64,000 nt of DNA from Planctomycetota bacterium (GTDB lineage Bacteria > Planctomycetota > MHYJ01 > WSZJ01): positions 128,001-192,000 of the forward strand of contig JBBTCT010000022.1 of NCBI GenBank assembly GCA_038060895.1, written 5' to 3'. A model generated the notes under the pieces. The model made no database searches. It saw nothing but the letters and a program-made list of their open reading frames with translations, and was not told the DNA's origin. Within the stretch, counting starts at the first letter, position 1. The number at the start of each line of letters is the position of its first letter. Shown one piece after another: positions 57,837-64,000 of the stretch. The translations under genes and the position numbers were made by a program.

Positions 57837-59234
57837 GTGCTGCTCACCATCACCACTTCCAGTTCCCCCGCCACCGATCTGGGATTCCTTCTCCACAAGA
57901 ATCCAGCCCGCGCGCAATCCTTCGACCTCTCCTTCGGCAAAGCCCACGTTTTCTACCCCGAAGCGACGGAGCAGCGCTGCACGGCGGCGCTCTTGCTCGA
58001 GATCGACCCGATCGGCCTCGTGCGGGGAAAGCCGGGCAGTAGCGAAGGACAGTCACTCGACCAGTACGTGAATGACCGGCCCTACGTCGCTTCCTCGTTC
58101 CTGAGCGTGGCGATCTCGCAGATCTTCGGCTCGGCGCTTGCCGGGCGCAGCAAAGAGCGGCCCGAACTGGCGACGAAGCCGATGCAGCTCAAGGCAACGC
58201 TCTCGGTCATCCCATGCCGCGGTGGGGAGCCCTTTCTGCGGTCGCTCTTCGAGCCGCTCGGATATCGGGTCAGCGTCGAGTCGCACCCACTCGACGCGAC
58301 CTATCCCGACTGGGGCGACAGCGCGTACTTCACGCTCCACCTCCAGGGAACGTGCATGCTTCACGAGCTCCTGAGCCACCTTTACGTGCTGGTCCCGGTG
58401 ATGGACAACTCAAAGCACTACTGGGTCGGCGAGGACGAGGTCGAAAAACTGCTTCGTCACGGCGAGGGCTGGCTGGCCGGGCATCCGGAGAAGGACGCGA
58501 TCGCCCGCCGCTACCTCAAGCACCGACGGGACCTGTACCGCGACGCGTTGTCCCGGCTGGTCGAGGACGATCTCGATGAGCTGGAGTCAATGCGTGAGGG
58601 CCAGGCAAAGCAGGAAGCGGGGCTGGAAGAGAAGATCCGGCTTCACGACCTGCGGATGGGTGCGGTCGTCGCCGTCCTGCGCGAAATCGGCGCGAAGAGC
58701 GTCATGGACCTCGGCTGCGGCGAGGGCCGGCTGCTCCGCGACCTGTTGGCCGACAAGTCCTTCGAGCGCGTGCTCGGGATGGACGTGTCGCATCGCGCGC
58801 TCGAATTCGCGAGCGACAAGCTCAAGCTGGAGCGGATGCCGGAAATCCAGAAGTCGCGCCTGCAGCTCATCCAGGGATCGCTGACGTATCGCGACAAGCG
58901 TCTCGAGGGCTTTGACGCAGCGGCGCTGATCGAGGTGGTCGAACATCTCGACCCGGGTCGCCTTGACGCGTTCGAGCGCGTTCTGTTCGAGCACGCGAAG
59001 CCCAAGTTCGTGGTCCTCACGACTCCGAACTCAGACTACAACGTGAAGTTCGAGACGCTCCCGGCGGGCCAATTTCGACATAAGGACCACCGGTTCGAAT
59101 GGTCGCGTGCCGAATTTCGGGCGTGGGCGGAACGCGTCGCCGGCCGTGCCGGCTATCGAGTCCGGTATCTCCCCGTGGGCCCCGAGGACGCCGATGTCGG
59201 CGCACCCACCCAGATGGCGGTGTTCTCGCGGTGA
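57837..59234 (+). CDS. hen1: 3'-terminal RNA ribose 2'-O-methyltransferase Hen1
   Basis: MLLTITT...ATDLGFLLHKNP, YVNDRPY, HLYVLVPVMD..KHYWVG, DLGCGEG, EVVEH, TTPN, RHKDHRFEW. Confidence 0.95.
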   Translation: MLLTITTSSSPATDLGFLLHKNPARAQSFDLSFGKAHVFYPEATEQRCTAALLLEIDPIGLVRGKPGSSEGQSLDQYVNDRPYVASSFLSVAISQIFGSALAGRSKERPELATKPMQLKATLSVIPCRGGEPFLRSLFEPLGYRVSVESHPLDATYPDWGDSAYFTLHLQGTCMLHELLSHLYVLVPVMDNSKHYWVGEDEVEKLLRHGEGWLAGHPEKDAIARRYLKHRRDLYRDALSRLVEDDLDELESMREGQAKQEAGLEEKIRLHDLRMGAVVAVLREIGAKSVMDLGCGEGRLLRDLLADKSFERVLGMDVSHRALEFASDKLKLERMPEIQKSRLQLIQGSLTYRDKRLEGFDAAALIEVVEHLDPGRLDAFERVLFEHAKPKFVVLTTPNSDYNVKFETLPAGQFRHKDHRFEWSRAEFRAWAERVAGRAGYRVRYLPVGPEDADVGAPTQMAVFSR

Positions 59235-61792
59235 AACTGAAAATCCCGGAGCTCTCGCTCGTCGTCCTCATCGGCCCCTCGGGCAGCGGAAAGTCCACGT
59301 TTGGGCGGAAGCACTTTCTCCCGACGGAGATCATTTCCTCGGACTTCTGCCGCGGCTTGGTGTCGGACGATGAGAACAATCAGGCCGCGACGAACGCGGC
59401 CTTTGAGGTGCTGCACTTCGTCGCGGGAAAGCGCTTGGCCGCAGGCAAGCTCACGGTCATCGACGCGACGAACGTCCAGGCCGAGGCCCGCAAGCCCCTC
59501 GTCGCGCTGGCCCGGGATTACCACTGCCTGCCGGTCGCAATCGTCCTGAACCTGCCTGAACGCATGTGTCAGGACCGCAACCGCGGCCGAAGCGAGCGCA
59601 CCTTCGGCCCCCACGTCATCCGGCAGCAGTCCCAGCAACTTCGCAACTCGCTCCGCAGTCTTCAGACGGAAGGCTTCAGGCACGTCCACGTACTCGCAAG
59701 CCCCGAGGAGATCGACGCGGCCACCATCGAGCGTGAGCCGCTCTGGAACAACCGCAAGAGTGAGCACGGCCCGTTCGACATCATCGGCGACGTTCACGGC
59801 TGCTTCGACGAAACGAAGGCGCTGCTGGAGCGTCTCGGGTATGTCGTCGAGGTCACGACCGCTGGCGAGCGCGCGATTACCGCGAGGCCCCCCGGGAATC
59901 GCAAAGCCGTCTTCGTCGGCGATCTCGTCGACCGCGGACCGAACACGCCCGACGTGCTGCGCCTGGTCATGGGCATGGTGGAAGCCGGGACTGCGCTGTG
60001 TGTCCCGGGAAACCACGACGTTAAACTTCTGCGGAAACTGCGCGGCAAGGACGTGCAGATCACGCATGGACTCGCCGAGTCCCTCGCCCAACTCGAGCAT
60101 GAAACGGCGGCGTTTCGCGAGAAGACGACCGCCTTCATCGATGACCTGGTGTCCCACTACGTGCTCGACGACAACAAACTGGTCGTAGCGCATGCCGGGA
60201 TGAAGGAGACCATGCAGGGCCGAGGCTCCGGCAAGGTGCGGGAGTTCGCGCTGTACGGCGAGACGACAGGGGAGACCGACGAGTTCGGCCTGCCCGTCCG
60301 TTACAACTGGGCCGCGGAGTATCGCGGGCCGTCGATAGTCGTCTACGGGCACACGCCGGTGCCGGCGCCTGAGTGGCTCAACAACACGATCAACATCGAC
60401 ACTGGCTGCGTCTTCGGCGGAAAGCTTACCGCGCTTCGCTACCCGGAGAAGGAGCTCGTTTCCATCCCCGCCGGCGCCATGTACGCGAAGCCGGCGAAGC
60501 CCTTTCAACCGGCGGAATCCCAGGCTCCTTCGCTCTCCGCGCAGCAGGCCCACGATGACTTGCTCGACCTCGCGGACGTGATCGGGAAGCGGATCGTCAC
60601 GACCCGCCTCCACCACAACGTCACGATTCGCGAAGAGAACGCGATCGCCGCACTCGAGGTCATGAGCCGCTTTGCCGCGAACCCGAAGTGGTTGATCTAC
60701 CTCCCGCCCACCATGTCGCCGCCGGAGACGTCGCAGGAAGGAAGTCTCCTGGAGCATCCGGCGCAGGCCTTCGCGTACTTCCGTCACGAAGGAATCCCAC
60801 GGGTCGTGTGCGAAGAAAAGCACATGGGATCACGGGTCGTCGTAGTGATTTGCCGCAACGAGGACGCAGCGCGTCGCCGGTTCGGCATCGTTGGTGAAAG
60901 CGGCATCTGCGTGACCCGCACCGGGCGCCGCTTCTTCGACGATGTCGCGTTTGAGAAAGAGCTTCTGGCGCATCTGCGGGAAGCGCTGGACCGCTCAGAG
61001 TTCTGGAAGGACTTCGACACGGACTGGGTCTGCCTCGATTGCGAACTGATGCCGTGGTCGGCGAAGGCCCAGGAATTGGTGAAGCGCCAGTACGCGGCCG
61101 TCGGGGCGGCGTCAGGGGCGGCGCTGAAGGACTCAGTCGAGACCTTGAAAACCGCAGCAGCGCGGGGCGTGGACGTCGCTTCGCTGCTTGAACGCTCGAT
61201 CGAACGCGCCTCCCTCGCCGAGAAGTACGTCACCGCCTATCGCGGGTACTGCTGGCCGGTCAAGTCACTGGCAGACATCAAGCTTGCACCGTTCCACGTG
61301 CTGGCCACCGAGGGGAAAACGTACTTCGACAAGAATCACCTCTGGCACATGAGCGCCATCTCCCGGTTCTGCAAGGGAAGCCCGATCCTCGTTGAGACTC
61401 GTTTCATCGAGGTCAGTGTCACGGATGAGGCCAGCGAACAGGCGGGAATCCGCTGGTGGGAGGAGCTGACTTCGCGCGGCGGAGAGGGAATGGTCGTGAA
61501 GCCCCTTGACTTCGTGGCGCAGGGGAGGAAGGGAGTCGCCCAGCCGGCCGTAAAGTGCCGCGGTCCCGAGTACCTGCGCATCATCTACGGCCCGGACTAC
61601 TCGATCCCCGCGAACCTGAGTCGGCTCCGCTCCCGCGGCCTCGGCGCAAAGCGCTCTCTAGCGATGAGGGAGTTCGCCCTCGGAGTCGAGGGCCTTGAGC
61701 GATTCGTCCGCAACGAGCCGCTTCGGTGAGTGCACGAGTGCGTATTCGGTGTGCTCGCGCTGGAAAGCGAGCCGGTCGACCCGCGGCTGTAG
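59231..61792 (+). CDS. pnkp: Polynucleotide kinase-phosphatase-ligase Pnkp; in-frame TGA at 61727-61729 interrupts before the conserved last 20 aa
   Basis: GPSGSGKST/DATN kinase, GDVHGC/GDLVDRG/GNHD/GHTP phosphatase, EEKHMGSR ligase motif; frame continues VHECVFGVLALESEPVDPRL* after the TGA. Confidence 0.92.
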
Positions 61793-62422
61793 TGCTTCGC
61801 AGAAACGGGAAGTTCACATCGTGCCGAAAAACATCGGACGGTATGTCCGAGCTAAAACATCGGGGCCGAGATCTATCCATTCTGTTAGTCCCCGGGAATC
61901 TCAACGGCAATCGCCCGTTGCTCGTCGTCATCTTCTTTCCGCAGCAGCCCCCATGCCATTCGCGCGATCCGAAAGAACTCTGGCAAGGGCTGAGTGCCGG
62001 CCCAAGAGGCCAGCGGCACACGCCTGACACCGCCACCTGACTTCCGGACCTGAGCGTCGATGTGGGCACTCGCCAGAGGCCGCTCCGCAAGCGGAACGAG
62101 CCGAAGTCGGTCACGAAATCTCCGAATCACGGTGTCGAGGCTCGTGGAATGCAGACTGCGATACGAGTCCGTCCCGCTCGGCCACTTGAGAACGAAGAAC
62201 AGGTACCCCGTAGCTTTGTTGGGGACCCTTCGGTTTCGAGAAACGACCCGATAAACGCGCATGAACCGGAAGTCTACGAAATCGATGAATGTCTCCGTGC
62301 GGAAAGCGTTGACGCATGTGAAGCCCCGAACAGCCCGCCGCGTCACCGCGCTTGATTCGGGGCGACCCTCGGGACTAGCCTCCTGCTTTGGGACGCGTTC
62401 GCATCAGAAGGGTTACGATTTC

Positions 62423-62650
62423 ATGAGCGAAGGTGACGAGTACCTGCGGATGTACCCGCGCCTCGAAAAGTGGGTCCATCGGTGTGTAGGGTGCCAGCAT
62501 CGCGGGTACAAGCCCGAGCTGCCCGCCCACATTCCCCCGGGGGGCGCCGCGAAGAACATCCGTTCGCTCTTTGACGAACTCAGCCTCAACGGCGACGGAC
62601 TTTGCCAACAGTGCGCGAGAAACGTCGGGCGTGGGAACGCGGGTGCCTAA
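62423..62650 (+). CDS. Small Cys-motif (putative zinc-binding) protein
   Basis: CVGC ... CQQC pair, 75 aa. Confidence 0.5.
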   Translation: MSEGDEYLRMYPRLEKWVHRCVGCQHRGYKPELPAHIPPGGAAKNIRSLFDELSLNGDGLCQQCARNVGRGNAGA

Positions 62651-62682
62651 ACTGGTGACCTAGGCCAGCTGGAGTCCAAAGA

Positions 62683-62844
62683 GTGCTTGATCCAAGAAGA
62701 TGTCACTCCGAAATCGCTCGGCTGAAGAAGCTGATGCGATCAGGGGACGATGAGCAGATCCGAATCAGCAACATCGCCGCGACCTACCGGATGGCTGGGA
62801 ACCGCAGGCGCGCGTTCGAGTGGTGGAAGCGCGCCGCCAGATGA
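62683..62844 (+). pseudogene. Truncated Sel1-like repeat fragment
   Basis: SNIAATYRMAGNRRRAFEWWKRAA resembles one Sel1 repeat, then stop; GGAG RBS before GTG. Confidence 0.35.
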
Positions 62845-63018
62845 ACACGGATGCGCGATGACTGGCCCGCTTCCTCAAAGGCAATTGCCACGGGGTCCGG
62901 CAGATCTTCACCTACTTTAACGAGCGGAGGCCTTGGTTCACCCGATCAGGACCTGAACCAGTTGATGCGACTCCTGTGACAGTGGCAGAATACGACTTCG
63001 CATCTCTGGGGAGGGTCG

Positions 63019-63429
63019 ATGTCAATCACACTGCTGATTCGGGACGAGTCCGCGACGGGCGAAAGCTACCAGGAACTCCCCATCGAGTTCGAGACGGAGC
63101 GCATCACCGTGCGGGACCTGATCCGGGAGCGGGTGAGGCAGGAGGTGTCCTCGTTCAATCAGAAGCAGGGAGACCTGCACTTTCGCGGCCTGGTGCAACC
63201 GACCGACACCGAGCGGGTGCTGAACGGGCGGCGAACCGAGTATCGGCTGAAGGCTCCGCGTTCGATTGACTGGGAGGAGCAGTTCAGTCGCGCGATCGAG
63301 GCTTTCGGCCGGAGCGGGTTCTTTCTGCTCGTGGGCGAAAAGCAGGTCGAGAGCCTTGATCAAGAGCTCCTGATCGAGCCAGACACCCGGGTCAGCTTCG
63401 TGAAGCTCGTCCCGCTCGTGGGAGGCTAG
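63019..63429 (+). CDS. Ubiquitin-like (beta-grasp candidate) protein ending in Gly-Gly
   Basis: ITVRDLIRERVRQEV, FFLLVGEKQVESLD, VSFVKLVPLVGG C-terminus; GGAGGG RBS. Confidence 0.8.
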   Translation: MSITLLIRDESATGESYQELPIEFETERITVRDLIRERVRQEVSSFNQKQGDLHFRGLVQPTDTERVLNGRRTEYRLKAPRSIDWEEQFSRAIEAFGRSGFFLLVGEKQVESLDQELLIEPDTRVSFVKLVPLVGG

Positions 63430-63431
63430 GC

Positions 63432-64000
63432 GTGGCCAAGGAGTCGTTCTTCCACCGGTTCTCCGCGCCTTCGGGCGATCCGTTGGCCACGGAACACGAA
63501 GCGGTAGCCCTGTACGTCACGCAAGCGCTTGCCAGCCTGGGGAAGGAATCCTACTGGAAGGACCTGGACCTCAAGGCCATTCCCGCCGGCCAGGTCATTC
63601 TCGCGGCAAAACCGGAGCAGGCGCGCCGCTTTCTCCTTGCGGCCGTGGCACAGTCGGTGCACTGGGAACGCGAAATTGAGCAGGTCCGCGCCCAGGCCAA
63701 GAACGTTCACGAACAGATGAACGCTCATCACCTGCCCGGCTGGCTCGAAGCCTACGGACCTCAGCGGCAGACCATGCAGGTAGCGCAGGCGTTGCTGCGC
63801 CGTTCCCTGCCGCTGAAGAAGGACGACATTCGCTCGCTCCTCGCGTGGTGCATCTCCGGCAAGGACGGAATCAGCTTCATGCTCCCGATTGGATTCGTCA
63901 CGCGCGCGATCGAGCGCTACATCGCCGAAGAGAGCCTGGACCAGGAGATTCGCGCGCAATTGGAGGACTTCGGGAAGCGTCTCCGCGCTTCGCACGACAA
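63432..64000 (+). CDS. 5' part of a large helical protein, truncated by the window end (possibly DUF4132-type)
   Basis: GTG 2 nt after upstream stop, RBS GGAGG inside the GG codons; open to the end (MAKESFFHRFSAPSGD...). Confidence 0.7.
   Translation, partial: MAKESFFHRFSAPSGDPLATEHEAVALYVTQALASLGKESYWKDLDLKAIPAGQVILAAKPEQARRFLLAAVAQSVHWEREIEQVRAQAKNVHEQMNAHHLPGWLEAYGPQRQTMQVAQALLRRSLPLKKDDIRSLLAWCISGKDGISFMLPIGFVTRAIERYIAEESLDQEIRAQLEDFGKRLRASHD

Larger units (their letters stand above)
54103..64000. mobile_element. Putative genomic/defence island (right boundary beyond window)
   Basis: Visibly lower GC and different codon usage from the tRNA onward; KAP NTPase, Hen1-Pnkp, gene fragments; no integrase seen. 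Confidence 0.5.

Noticed and set aside
61727-61729. Selenocysteine or alternative genetic code for the Pnkp TGA
   Set aside because: The position corresponds to Arg, not Cys, and many genes in the window terminate normally at TGA
61885-62346. 153-aa minus-strand ORF after pnkp
   Set aside because: No RBS or motif recognised and several equally weak overlapping ORFs; cannot be supported

Overview
High-GC bacterial chromosome segment, most likely a Planctomycetota member. This is inferred from the tpiA-secG-yicC-gmk-rpoZ-coaC-coaB block with split coaBC, the many HEAT/TPR/zinc-ribbon secreted proteins and the kinase-N-terminus-like proteins. Positions 1-54 kb are mostly housekeeping and accessory genes: korAB, a 4x[4Fe-4S] ferredoxin, aceE, dcd, PTPS/folE/SDR pterin genes, ALDH, GT2, a MacB-type ABC pair, gspK, ftsK and tRNA-Ser(GCT). 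The intergenic spaces carry about a dozen hairpin elements whose arms are built from 6-10 nt tandem units. One encloses a four-helix-bundle gene with a consensus sigma70 promoter, and a near-identical 'empty' copy lies 4 kb away. From about 54 kb an island of visibly lower GC begins at an atypical short-variable-loop tRNA with a GAG anticodon. It holds a KAP P-loop NTPase, a Hen1-Pnkp RNA repair operon whose Pnkp has an in-frame TGA 20 codons before its conserved DPRL end, decayed small ORFs, and a GG-terminated ubiquitin-like gene coupled to a large gene cut by the window edge. No CRISPR array, rRNA, integrase or transposase was recognised. All family calls are from motif recognition, not database searches.
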